This document shows positions 32,177-41,937 of a DNA stretch of 64,000 nucleotides, piece by piece. Every line of letters begins with the position of its first letter. Within the stretch, counting starts at the first letter, position 1. The position numbers were made by a program, and so were the translations under genes. The DNA is from Cyanobacteriota bacterium (GTDB taxonomy: Bacteria > Cyanobacteriota > Cyanobacteriia > PCC-6307 > Cyanobiaceae), in contig JBKDSV010000009.1 of NCBI GenBank assembly GCA_046340795.1, positions 13,505 through 77,504 on the forward strand. Direction: 5' to 3'. The notes beneath the pieces are model-generated. The model was not told the origin of the DNA. It saw nothing but the letters and a program-made list of their open reading frames with translations, and searched no databases.

Positions 32177-33163
32177 ATGGGCAGGGCAGCCTGCCGGACC
32201 ACCCCGCCGATGAACGGTTCCCCCCTGCGCATCGCCTCCCGCCGCAGCCAACTGGCGATGGTGCAGACCCACTGGGTGCGTGACTCCCTCCTCAGCGCCC
32301 ACCCCGGCTTGGAGATCCGGATCGAGGCCATGGCCACCCAGGGCGACAAGATCCTGGATGTGGCCCTCGCCAAGATTGGCGACAAGGGGCTGTTCACCAA
32401 GGAATTGGAGGCCCAGATGCTTGTCGATCGGGCGGACATCGCCGTGCACAGCCTGAAGGATCTGCCCACCCAGCTGCCGGAGGGACTGATGCTTGGCTGT
32501 GTCACCGAGCGGGAGGATCCCGCCGACGCCCTGGTGGTGCACGAGAAGCACCGCGACAAGACCCTGGAGACCCTCCCTGAGGGCAGCGTGGTGGGCACCA
32601 GCTCCCTGCGGCGGCTTGCCCAGTTGCGCCACCACTTCCCCCAGCTCACGTTCAAAGATGTGCGCGGCAATGTGATCACTCGCCTGGAGAAACTGGACGC
32701 CGGGGAGTTTGATTGCTTGATCCTTGCCGCCGCGGGTCTTGGCCGGCTTGGTCTGGCCGCGCGCATCCATCAGCTCATTGATCCAGCCATTTCCCTCCAT
32801 GCCGTGGGGCAAGGAGCCCTGGGCATTGAATGTCGCCAGGGGGATCAGGCGGTGTTGGCCACACTCCAGGTGCTGGAGCACCGTCCCACGACCCGGCGCT
32901 GTCTGGCGGAGCGGGCTTTCCTGCGCGCCCTGGAGGGAGGCTGCCAGGTGCCGATCGGCGTGAACAGCCGCTTCGAGGGGGAGAGCCTGGTGCTCACCGG
33001 CATGGTGGCCAGCTTGGATGGCCAGCGTTTGATTCGCGATGAGGTGCGGGGCGATCAGACGAATCCGGAGCCGATCGGCATCGCCCTGGCCGAGGCTCTG
33101 CGCCGGCAAGGGGCCACAGCCATTCTGGAGGAAATCTTTGCCAGCGTCCGCCCCGGCAGCTGA
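32177..33163 (+). CDS. hemC: Hydroxymethylbilane synthase (alternative start 32210)
   Basis: [44 protein letters not shown]. Confidence 0.98.
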   Translation: MGRAACRTTPPMNGSPLRIASRRSQLAMVQTHWVRDSLLSAHPGLEIRIEAMATQGDKILDVALAKIGDKGLFTKELEAQMLVDRADIAVHSLKDLPTQLPEGLMLGCVTEREDPADALVVHEKHRDKTLETLPEGSVVGTSSLRRLAQLRHHFPQLTFKDVRGNVITRLEKLDAGEFDCLILAAAGLGRLGLAARIHQLIDPAISLHAVGQGALGIECRQGDQAVLATLQVLEHRPTTRRCLAERAFLRALEGGCQVPIGVNSRFEGESLVLTGMVASLDGQRLIRDEVRGDQTNPEPIGIALAEALRRQGATAILEEIFASVRPGS

Positions 33164-33182
33164 AGCGGCGTCAGCCTCTGCG

Positions 33183-35198
33183 GTGAGCGGGCCGACGGCA
33201 GCCGCCGCCCGCCCCTTTCAGTGGGGGCTGGTGGGCTGGGCGGCGGTGCTGGGCACCCTGACGGGGCTGGCCATCGTGGGTTTCCACGAGCTGTTCGGCT
33301 TCATCAACAACTTCCTCTACGGCCCCTTTGTGGAGGGTTTGTTGGTGATCGGCCGCTCCCCCGTGGCCGCCGGGTTGGCAGAGGCCGGTGGACTGGACCT
33401 GCCTCCCCTGGCGCCGGAGGCGGGCACACCGTTGAAATCCATGCTGCAGCTCGGGCTGGACGGCCTGGGATGGCTGGCTTCCGTCGGCCCGCCCGCCGTG
33501 CCGGAGCCGCAACGTGCCCCGTCAGACACCTTGGCGGATTGGCTGGCGCTCTGGCCTGTGGTCGTGGTGCCCACCCTGGGGGGGCTCGCGGTGGGTGTGC
33601 TGCGCTGGCTGGCGGGGTCCATTGGTCCGGGGATTCCGAGTTTGCTGGTCATGGCCGACGGGGCCGCCGCCGCCGCCCCCCGCTTGCCCCTGTTGCGCTT
33701 GGTGGCGGCCTCCTTGAGCCTGGGGAGCGGCGCCTCCCTCGGACCTGAGGGGCCCAGTGTGGAGAGCGGTGGCAATCTGGGATTGTGGGTGGCTAGCCGG
33801 GCGGGGCTGACACCCCAATCGCAAAAGGCACTGGTGGCGGCGGGAATCGCGGCGGGGCTGGCGGCGGGCTTCAAGGCGCCGATCGCCGGTGTGTTTTTTG
33901 CCTTTGAGGGCAGTTTCAACGCCATCCAGAGCCGCTCCAGCTTGCGAGCGGTGTTGGTGGCAGCCGTGGCGTCCACCCTGGTCACCCAGCTGGTGTTGGG
34001 GGATTCCCCGATCTTGCGGCTGCCGGCCTACCAGGTGCGCTCGCCGTTGGAGTTGCCGCTCTACCTGGGGCTTGGCCTGGTGGCGAGTCTGCTCTCCCTC
34101 GCCCTGGTGCGTCTGATGGCCCTCGGACGGCACCCGCGGCTGACGGGCCTGGTCTGTCAGCTTCCCCCCGGGTTGGCCACCGCCTTGGGCGGCGCCGCCG
34201 TTGGCGGGATGGCCCTGCTCTTTCCCGAGGTGTTGGGCGTGGGGTACGACACGATTGAGAGCTTGTTGGGCCAGGATGACGCCATTCCCCTGCTCACCTT
34301 GCTGGGGGTGATGGCTGTGAAGTTGCTCGCCACAACGGTCAGCAATGCCTGTGGCTTTGTCGGCGGTGGCTTCGCTCCGGCTCTGTTCCTTGGCGCGGTG
34401 CTCGGCAATGTGTACGGACAGCTGTTGGGGGAGGGGGGCTTGCACCTGCCGGTGGCGGAGCCGCCGGCCTACGCCATGGTGGGCATGGCGGCGGTGCTGG
34501 CTGGCAGTGCCCGGGCGCCGATCACCTCACTGTTGTTGTTGTTTGAACTCACCCGCGACATCCGGATCGTGCTGCCCTTGATGGCGGCGGCAGGATTGAG
34601 CGCGGCCCTGGTGGAGCGGTGGCAGGGCTTTCAGGCGGCGGATCTGTTGGGTCGTGATGGGGTGGAAGAGCGGCGCCGCGCACTGATGGCCTCCGTGTCC
34701 GTGCTCGAAGCCCTCGAACCGGAGGCCCCCTTGGTGCTCCCGGCCTCCACCGCCAGCTCGCGAGCGCTCGATCTGCTGATCGAGGTGCATGGCCACTGCC
34801 TGCTGGTGACGGATCAAGGGAAAACGATCGGGCTGATCAATCTGGCAGACCTGCAGCGGGGACTCCAGCGAGAGAACGGGCTGGATGGAGCTGCGAGACG
34901 AACCTCCACTCTGCGAGACTGCCTGCGGTCTGAGCTGGTGTGGTTGCCAGGAGGGGCCAATCTCAGTCACTTGGAAGATCAGCTGCTCCCCGGGGGGTTG
35001 CGGCAGGTGCCGGTGTTTGCCGTTTCAGGAGAGGGGGAAGCCCTGTTGCCCCAGGGGTTGCCTGTCACAGGCTTGCCGGAGGCCAGCTTGTTGGGCCTGG
35101 CCAGCCGAGATGGAATGGCCAGGGCGCTGGCTCGCCGGCTTCAGTTGACAGCTTCCGAGACCCGGGCCACGAGCGCCTCAGCGACGGGATCCGCCTGA
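33183..35198 (+). CDS. ClC chloride channel/antiporter with CBS-like tail; start approximate
   Basis: GPGIP, GASLGPEGP, GFKAPIAG, GGGFAP, ARAPITS. Confidence 0.9.
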   Translation: MSGPTAAAARPFQWGLVGWAAVLGTLTGLAIVGFHELFGFINNFLYGPFVEGLLVIGRSPVAAGLAEAGGLDLPPLAPEAGTPLKSMLQLGLDGLGWLASVGPPAVPEPQRAPSDTLADWLALWPVVVVPTLGGLAVGVLRWLAGSIGPGIPSLLVMADGAAAAAPRLPLLRLVAASLSLGSGASLGPEGPSVESGGNLGLWVASRAGLTPQSQKALVAAGIAAGLAAGFKAPIAGVFFAFEGSFNAIQSRSSLRAVLVAAVASTLVTQLVLGDSPILRLPAYQVRSPLELPLYLGLGLVASLLSLALVRLMALGRHPRLTGLVCQLPPGLATALGGAAVGGMALLFPEVLGVGYDTIESLLGQDDAIPLLTLLGVMAVKLLATTVSNACGFVGGGFAPALFLGAVLGNVYGQLLGEGGLHLPVAEPPAYAMVGMAAVLAGSARAPITSLLLLFELTRDIRIVLPLMAAAGLSAALVERWQGFQAADLLGRDGVEERRRALMASVSVLEALEPEAPLVLPASTASSRALDLLIEVHGHCLLVTDQGKTIGLINLADLQRGLQRENGLDGAARRTSTLRDCLRSELVWLPGGANLSHLEDQLLPGGLRQVPVFAVSGEGEALLPQGLPVTGLPEASLLGLASRDGMARALARRLQLTASETRATSASATGSA

Positions 35199-35344
35199 GA
35201 AAGCAGCTTGAGAATCCGCTGCAGATCAAGCTCGGAGAGTTCACCGTCGTCACCCCACTTCAGGGCCGTGCTGTTCAGCTGGTCAGCGATCAGCTGGGGT
35301 TTGGCAGTCGGAGGATGTTTCAAAGAAGTGCGGGATTCAGGCAT
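35141..35344 (-). CDS. Small conserved hypothetical protein
   Basis: ALKWGDDGELSELDLQRIL resembles a small picocyanobacterial family. Confidence 0.55.
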   Translation of the reverse strand: MPESRTSLKHPPTAKPQLIADQLNSTALKWGDDGELSELDLQRILKLLSQADPVAEALVARVSEAVN

Positions 35345-35606
35345 GGAAGGCACGGGAAGGTATGGCCCGGCAAACAAATGTTCGAAAGACCATAAAGGGC
35401 GTGGCCACGCGCACGGAAGGGCTTGGGGGCGATCTGCAGAATGTTTTCCACTCATGGGTTTCAGTCACGGGCCGGGCAATGGGCATCGAGGCCAGGAGAC
35501 GCTTGCAGAGGTGGCCTGTCCCGAGGAGAAAACGGGCAGTGCACATGCCTGCTGCTGAATCTGCTCGAGGATGACGTTTTCCCCGAGGGCAACGGGGGGC
35601 TTCCAA

Positions 35607-35749
35607 CAGGGCTGCCTCAAGGTCAAGTTGAGGTCCCGCAAATGGAGCTGAAGAACGCGGACCGTCCTGGCTGGGCACAAATGACGACGGATCTGCCGAT
35701 GAACAGGCGCCCTGATCCCCAGCTTCCACAGGACTTTTGCTCAGCCCTG
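35607..35749. mobile_element. ISAs1-type MITE, copy 1 (143 bp)
   Basis: Ends CAGGGCTGCC / TCAGCCCTG; perfect 10-bp flanking duplication GGGCTTCCAA (35597-35606, 35750-35759); near-identical to 44899-45043. Confidence 0.85.
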
Positions 35750-35759
35750 GGGCTTCCAA

Positions 35760-36007
35760 GCAGCGTCCCCTGGAGTGATGTAACTCAGGAGGAGCAGCCC
35801 CGGCATAGCCAGGGCTGACGGCTCACCTCCCTCAGACATCAGCTGTGGCAAAGGGTGGGCCCGTCTGTGACCCTGTTCGGAGAACCACCACCAAACCGAA
35901 CACAGACCATGACCCTCACCCATAGTGATGTCTCCGAGCTGAGCCAGCTCATGGAGGGCACAATCGCTGGCGCCTTGATCCCTGAGCTCGTGCGCCGCGG
36001 CTTTCAG
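35760..36007 (+). pseudogene. IS256-family left end and truncated transposase N-terminus (ATG 35909)
   Basis: GTCCCCTGGAGTGATGTAAC end, then MTLTHSDVSELSQLMEGTIAGALIPELVRRGFQ, recalled as the start of picocyanobacterial IS256 transposases; similarity stops after about 33 codons. Confidence 0.75.
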
Positions 36008-36162
36008 GGGGGTCAGCGAACCATGGAGGGGACAAGAGGATGTTGCCTGTCTTCTCTGAGTGGCAGCTTCGTCATCCCAGGAGAAAAAGAGGAAGAATAA
36101 CTCTAATCAGAATAAGTCGATTTGTTCGTATTAACTTAAAACTCAAATCGTTCGTCCTTGCG

Positions 36163-36202
36163 TGATGATAAGATGACATGGTTGATGATAAGATGACACG
36201 GT
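36163..36202. repeat. 20-bp tandem duplication
   Basis: TGATGATAAGATGACATGGT followed by TGATGATAAGATGACACGGT (19/20 identical). Confidence 0.9.
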
Positions 36203-36205
36203 TAA

Positions 36206-36305
36206 GAAAGCTCTGGACAACCGGTCGCCAGTGGAAGCTGTCCCTTGCACCAACTGGGAGCTCGGCGCTCTCACAGGTGCCGCTGAGGGGTTGTCTAGAG
36301 CCTCC
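36206..36305. mobile_element. IS5-like MITE family B, copy 1 (100 bp)
   Basis: TIR GAAAGCTCTGGACAACC / GGTTGTCTAGAGCCTCC; TTAA on both flanks; homologous to 45450-45549. Confidence 0.8.
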
Positions 36306-36395
36306 TTAAAACACTCCAATCCTGAAGAAGGAGACTTCAATCCATTTTGACGTTTATATCACGTTTATATCAGAATCGCAATCTGCTCATCCGCC

Positions 36396-38930
36396 ATGAC
36401 TCATGCCAACCACGCTGGGCGCTTTCTTCCGATCCTTCGCGACTTGCATGCCAGGGGCTTAAACACGGAGCTTGTCAGCTTGATTCAGCAGCTCAAGCAG
36501 GCTGGCTATCCCAAATCTATCCTCCGGGCTTTTGAACTTTTATCCCAACAGGATTCTGTCCCGCATCCTTATCATTATGAAGGGTCAGAATCTCCAAGAA
36601 ACCTCGGAATAATTGTCTCATCTCCGCTTGTAAGTGTCATCGTTGTCGCCTTTAACTCCGCCAAAGATCTGGAGCGCTTACTTTGCAGCCTTCAATCACA
36701 AAGTTATACAAATTTGGAGTTGATTATTGTCAATAATAGTGAAGAAGATTTGCGCAGCTGTCTTGCGGATTGGAAAAGAAGCCTGAAGTATCTAAACGCG
36801 CCTAATCCAGGATTTGCGGAGGCCAACAATCTTGGCTTGGAGGAAGCCTCGGGCGATCTTCTACTTCTTTTGAATCCAGACACAGAGCTCCAAAAGGAAA
36901 GCATCAAAGAGCTTGTGCATGCGCTCGAGATTGATGCCACAGCGGCCGCCGCCATTCCACTGATTTATTTTAGCAGGCCATTTTACAAGGTTTCGTTAAC
37001 AAGTCAAGGACAAGCTTTTTTTGCAATTGATCTTGAGTCGTTAGTCACACATTTGCACTACAAAAAAATTTTTGTGCGTGATGGAGAAAGGAGAGAGGAT
37101 GGACTGATTCACTGTAATATAGATGGGCATGTCTCCTTTGATGTTGCCTTAAATCCAGACAGCAACTGGCTCGAACTTGCTGTTGTGCCAATTGTGGAGT
37201 TTGATCAAGAACTATGCTTGCAAATTAAGTTTGAAGGCAGTGGTGAGAAGCCAACATTGTTGTATGTCGGCCGGCATAGGCAAACGGTAAAAAGTTTTGT
37301 TAGTGCACGAGTGCATTCGAGCTCTCGATATTTGATCAACAATGCGGGATCTGGCATCCGTCCTGGAAGTGACGAGCCGTACGACATTGGCTTTGGCGAG
37401 GTTGATATTGGCAAGTTTGCGAATCGAGCGTATAGACAAGCACTCTGCGGCTGCTGCGCCTTATTGCGACGAGACTTATTTATCAAGAGAAAGATTTTTA
37501 TCAGTGAATTTTTTGCTTACTATGAAGATTCTGAGCTAAGCTACTGGCTACGATCTAATCAGATGAATATCCTGTATGTTCCTTCCGCCATTGTCTATCA
37601 TCGTCATTCGGAAAGTACGGGAGAATTCAGTCCACTATGGAAAAGACTTGTCTCTAGAAGTGCTGAAATTTACCACTCCATTGGGCGGACTGAGAGCAGC
37701 AGAGCTCTCGACATACGGATTGAATCCTTTGATGACTATAAGACCATTAAACATCAAGGGCTGATCAGTACGTTAAAACGCTATGACGCTGGGCTGGCAG
37801 TCAAAACCCTGAATGAATTAATCACTCGTACAAAACGAATCACTGTTGGAATTTATAATTCTTTTTGGGACAGCTTTGGCGGTGGAGAAAGACATGCCTT
37901 GGATATGGCAGAAATCGCGTTGCAATGCGATTGCGAAGTCTATCTCATTTCAGAAAACCATTTTTCGCTTGATAGGTTGCGACAGTTCTTTCAGACAAGC
38001 CTGACTGGAGTGAAGACACTCACACCTGGTGAGGTCAGTGAATCATTAACACAAAGATTCGATATATTTATAAATTCGACTTTTTACTCAAGGCTGGTTT
38101 CACGCTCAAAAATATCCTATTACATCGTTTCATTTCCACACAAGCATGTGAATCTAGAGTTCCTTTCCTCCTATGTATTCTTGCATAATTCTGAGTATAC
38201 ATATAGATGGGCACTTCGTTATTGGGGAGATCATCGAGCCAAGCTTTTGCTGCCGGTCCTTTCCTTTCAAGCACAGAGCAGGACAGAGAGCATGCAAGAG
38301 CGCACGAGCTGTTTGGCGGATGCCAAAAGTTTGATGATCTTATCGGTCGGAAGATTTAACTATGAGGGACATTGCAAGAATCAACACATGATTGCCAATG
38401 TCTTTGCCCGTCTGTCGCGTTCAAGCCTGATCAGTGAGCAGTGGCAGCTTGTCATGGCTGGTTCCGTCGATTCAAGAATGGATGCTTCCATCTCTCATTT
38501 CAAAGACACTGAAAAAATTCTCGCTGGTTGCCAAGCAAGGTTGGTCGCCAATGCTGAAAGGGAAGAAATTGAAAAACTTTATTGTTCCGCTTCAATTTAT
38601 ATCCATGCGGCTGGACTCGGTGTAGATCCAATCAGTGCACCAGAAAAGAATGAGCATTTTGGCATCGCACCATTTGAATCCTTGCTCCATGGCTGTTTGC
38701 TCATTGCCTTCCATCACGGAGGTCCCGCAGCAATGCTCAACAAGAGTCAACAAGGTTTATCCTATCGTGATGAGGATGAATTGGAGCAAAGACTCTTGCA
38801 GGCCGTCTCTAACTGTGAACAGGAGTCCCTGGAGGATCGGCAGAACAGGATTCGGATGTGTCTCCAATATTCCCTTGACGTGGTTGAGCAGTCAATGATC
38901 TCTGCTCTTTCCCTTTTTCACTCCGTTTGA
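36396..38930 (+). CDS. Bifunctional GT2 + GT4(GT-B) glycosyltransferase, AT-rich
   Basis: VSVIVVAFNS, NPGFAEANN, LLLNPD, FFAYYEDSELS (GT2); FGGGERHA, LSVGRF, EHFGIAPFESL (GT4). Confidence 0.88.
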   Translation: MTHANHAGRFLPILRDLHARGLNTELVSLIQQLKQAGYPKSILRAFELLSQQDSVPHPYHYEGSESPRNLGIIVSSPLVSVIVVAFNSAKDLERLLCSLQSQSYTNLELIIVNNSEEDLRSCLADWKRSLKYLNAPNPGFAEANNLGLEEASGDLLLLLNPDTELQKESIKELVHALEIDATAAAAIPLIYFSRPFYKVSLTSQGQAFFAIDLESLVTHLHYKKIFVRDGERREDGLIHCNIDGHVSFDVALNPDSNWLELAVVPIVEFDQELCLQIKFEGSGEKPTLLYVGRHRQTVKSFVSARVHSSSRYLINNAGSGIRPGSDEPYDIGFGEVDIGKFANRAYRQALCGCCALLRRDLFIKRKIFISEFFAYYEDSELSYWLRSNQMNILYVPSAIVYHRHSESTGEFSPLWKRLVSRSAEIYHSIGRTESSRALDIRIESFDDYKTIKHQGLISTLKRYDAGLAVKTLNELITRTKRITVGIYNSFWDSFGGGERHALDMAEIALQCDCEVYLISENHFSLDRLRQFFQTSLTGVKTLTPGEVSESLTQRFDIFINSTFYSRLVSRSKISYYIVSFPHKHVNLEFLSSYVFLHNSEYTYRWALRYWGDHRAKLLLPVLSFQAQSRTESMQERTSCLADAKSLMILSVGRFNYEGHCKNQHMIANVFARLSRSSLISEQWQLVMAGSVDSRMDASISHFKDTEKILAGCQARLVANAEREEIEKLYCSASIYIHAAGLGVDPISAPEKNEHFGIAPFESLLHGCLLIAFHHGGPAAMLNKSQQGLSYRDEDELEQRLLQAVSNCEQESLEDRQNRIRMCLQYSLDVVEQSMISALSLFHSV

Positions 38931-39262
38931 TTTCTGAAAACCCCGCAAGCTCCTCTTGCTGGCCAGCTCAAATATTGACAGGACAGGACAGGACGGCTCG
39001 CTCAGCACTCCAGGCTTGCTTGCTCTTCCTCTTGCTGCAGATTTTGTGAAGCGAATTCGGCCCCCGTTCAGCCACGGCAACATGATGCCTGCTTGCATCG
39101 TGGCACAGGACCGCATCGGATGACCTTTTCACCGCACAGCTCCGCGTCATGGCCACAGCGCTGGCACGCCTGCGGGAGCGGATCGGCCGCGCATCGTGCC
39201 ATTCCTCCCCCGCCCATGGCTCGCATCTTGCGACAAGCGGAGCTCACGGCCACAGGCCCCGA

Positions 39263-40360
39263 TCACCCTGCCAGTGCCAGCTCAAACGCCCGCCGGTCGG
39301 CCTCGCCGCTGGGCAGGGGTCGCTCAAACACCTGGCAGAACACCTTCACCACCCGCTCGCCGGAATCGATGGCTTCCAGGGGGTCTTTGCGTAGGCGGTG
39401 GCGCAGGCAGCAGGCCACCACCCGCGCCACATCGTCATCCGTGACAGCGTCACGCCCCTCGAAGGCCGCCAGGGCCCGGGCAGCGCGGTTGGTGACGATG
39501 TCACCCCGCAGACCATCCACATCCAGTGCGCCGCACACCGCCGAGATGCGCAGACGCAGGTCATTGTCGATCGTCACTGCGGGCAGCCTCTCCTGGGCCG
39601 CCACCACCCGAGCCTGGAGCGCCTCCTGGGCGCTGGCGCTGGCATCGAGAAAGGCCACGGGATCGGCGTCAAACGCCGTGCGCTGATCCACCACCAGCAC
39701 CCGCAACTCCGGATCCCGCACCGTGCGCACCTCCACGCTCATGCCGAAGCGATCAAGCAACTGGGGCCGCAGTTCGCCCTCCTCCGGATTGCCGGAACCA
39801 ATCAACACGAACCGCGCCGGGTGGCGCACGGAGATGCCCTCCCGTTCCACGGTGTTCCAGCCTGAGGCGGCCGCGTCGAGCAACACATCCACCAGGTGGT
39901 CGTCCAGCAGGTTGACCTCATCCACATAGAGCAGGCCGCGGTTGGCCTTGGCCAGCAGGCCCGGCTCAAAGGCACGCACGCCCTCACTGAGCGCCTTCTC
40001 AATGTCGATCGTGCCGCAGAGCCGGTCCTCGGTGGCTCCCAGGGGCAGATCCACCATCGGCACCTGACGGGGCTCGGTGGGCAGCGTCTCCCCCCCGCTG
40101 GCCCGCCGGCGCACCTCCTCACTCTGCAGATCAGGATCCAGCGGCGAACTGTTGTAAGGATCGCCAGTCACCACCATGATTTCCGGCAGGAGATCGGCCA
40201 GGGCCCGGATCGTGGTGCTCTTGCCTGTGCCCCGATCGCCCATGATCATCACGCCGCCGATGCGTGGATCGATCACGTTGAGCAGCAGGGCGAGCTTCAT
40301 CTCCTCCTGGCCCACCACTTGGGTGAAGGGAAACACCCTGCGCTTGCTGCTCACACTCAC
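39263..40360 (-). CDS. chlI: Magnesium chelatase ATPase subunit I
   Basis: FPFTQVVGQEEMK, GDRGTGKST, LGATEDR, YVDEVNLL, LLDRFG. Confidence 0.98.
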   Translation of the reverse strand: MSVSSKRRVFPFTQVVGQEEMKLALLLNVIDPRIGGVMIMGDRGTGKSTTIRALADLLPEIMVVTGDPYNSSPLDPDLQSEEVRRRASGGETLPTEPRQVPMVDLPLGATEDRLCGTIDIEKALSEGVRAFEPGLLAKANRGLLYVDEVNLLDDHLVDVLLDAAASGWNTVEREGISVRHPARFVLIGSGNPEEGELRPQLLDRFGMSVEVRTVRDPELRVLVVDQRTAFDADPVAFLDASASAQEALQARVVAAQERLPAVTIDNDLRLRISAVCGALDVDGLRGDIVTNRAARALAAFEGRDAVTDDDVARVVACCLRHRLRKDPLEAIDSGERVVKVFCQVFERPLPSGEADRRAFELALAG

Positions 40361-41937
40361 CGGTCGGAAGAAGAGGGGAGAACGGGCGATTGTTTCACAG
40401 CCTCTGGCCCAGGTGCCACGCCCCCCCCTGTCGATGGCAGCGGCGCGGGCAACAGGCTGAGCACCTGGGGCGGGGTGGCATCCGCCGGGTAGATCAGACG
40501 CACCTGCAGCTGTCGCCTCGCCCCCGGCCCCAAGGTCACCGTGCCCAAGGGCGGTCCCTCCTGCCCCGCCCGCTGGACCAGATGGAAGCTCTGTCGGCCC
40601 GTTGGCCGGCCAGCCGGACCATCCAGTCCGCTCACTTCCACCGTGCCGCGAAACACCACCGGGCCACTGGCGGCTTCAACCGCTGGCAAGCCCTTCGCCG
40701 CGCCGGCCCCGTTGCCTGCGTCCAGGTGGGATCCGCCGGAGACCGGTGCGCCGCGGAAGCGCAAGCCGCCCTGGGGAGCCTCGGTTTTGAGGGGGGATTC
40801 AAGCGCCAGCGCCAACCGCAGCGGCAGGCGGCTGTCATTGCGCAGCGGCAGGGTGAGGGCATAGGTGACGCCGTAGTTGCCGTGGGCGGCCCAAGCCGTG
40901 CCGGGATAAAAGGGGCTGAGCTCGGCGGTCTGCACCTGGCCGGTGCCGAGCGTGCCCCGCTCCAGTGAACTGATCGGCCAGGAGATCGGTGCCCGCGAGG
41001 CCGACAACGTGGTCTGGTCTGGATCGGTGAGGCGTCCCGTCCAGGTGGCGCCGCGCTGCACACCGCTCACGCGGGAATACACCAGCCGCCCCGGCGCCCC
41101 CCGGGGCGTGGGGGCATGCTCCTTGGGACTCAACCCACCCGCCAGGATCTGGGCCCACACTGCCGCTGAGGGCGGCGCCCCTTCTGGACCGAAGGCCGCC
41201 AGGGTGGCCAGATCCACGGGCCCGTCGCTGTGCAGGCGCAGCTGCAGATTGCGGCCGTTGAGCAAGGGATCCAGGCCGCGCACCGGCAGGGGCAAGACCA
41301 ACAGCGGCGTGAGCGTGCCCGGCTGCAACGTCCAGCGCTCGGGCCACTCCCGCTGGGGATTGGGCAGGCGCAGCAGCAACTCGGTGGCCACCCGGCTGCC
41401 CGGTCCTGACCAGACGGGCGTCAGCCCCTGGGGCATCAAGGGTGGCAGGGGAAGGAAGGGCGCCTGCGACTCCTTGCCATCCACCGCCTGGGAGAGGGCC
41501 GTGGCGCCGGCCAGGAGCCGCAACCGCACCGGCTGTTCCCCCCGGGGGGCGGCCACCACCGCCAGCCAAAGGGTGGAGGCCAGGCTGTCCCGCTTGCCCG
41601 CATACACATGGTGGCTGAAGAGATCAAAGGTGCCCGTGAGCGGCGCGTCCAGGTGGGCCTCGGGCCCGGCCAGGCTGACCCCCCCGAGAGGACTGCCGCC
41701 CTTGAAGGTGGACAACAGGATGCCCGGAGCGACAATCAGCTCGGGGTTGTTGTCGTTGAGCACGGGGAGGGCATCCAGACCGCCGGGGAGGGCTTCCACC
41801 GCCTGGGGGCGCAGACGGGACGGGGCGGGGGCTTGGGCAAGCGTCGGGGCGAGCCAGGTGCTCGCGCTCCAGCCCGCCAGCAGCAGGAGCCAGCGGCCGC
41901 GGGCCAGCAACCAGCAGAAGGCGTTGGGCCCGCTCAT
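40357..41937 (-). CDS. DUF3370-like secreted protein
   Basis: Signal-like N-terminus, PVLNDNNPE, AAHGNYGV, YPADATPPQVL. Confidence 0.8.
   Translation of the reverse strand: MSGPNAFCWLLARGRWLLLLAGWSASTWLAPTLAQAPAPSRLRPQAVEALPGGLDALPVLNDNNPELIVAPGILLSTFKGGSPLGGVSLAGPEAHLDAPLTGTFDLFSHHVYAGKRDSLASTLWLAVVAAPRGEQPVRLRLLAGATALSQAVDGKESQAPFLPLPPLMPQGLTPVWSGPGSRVATELLLRLPNPQREWPERWTLQPGTLTPLLVLPLPVRGLDPLLNGRNLQLRLHSDGPVDLATLAAFGPEGAPPSAAVWAQILAGGLSPKEHAPTPRGAPGRLVYSRVSGVQRGATWTGRLTDPDQTTLSASRAPISWPISSLERGTLGTGQVQTAELSPFYPGTAWAAHGNYGVTYALTLPLRNDSRLPLRLALALESPLKTEAPQGGLRFRGAPVSGGSHLDAGNGAGAAKGLPAVEAASGPVVFRGTVEVSGLDGPAGRPTGRQSFHLVQRAGQEGPPLGTVTLGPGARRQLQVRLIYPADATPPQVLSLLPAPLPSTGGGVAPGPEAVKQSPVLPSSSDR

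Noticed and set aside
35400-35596. Possible additional MITE upstream of the ISAs1-type copy 1
   Set aside because: Only weak TIR-like matches and no TSD could be read.
38977-38994. GACAG microsatellite downstream of the GT fusion
   Set aside because: Only about 3.5 units, intergenic between convergent genes; no phase-variation target.
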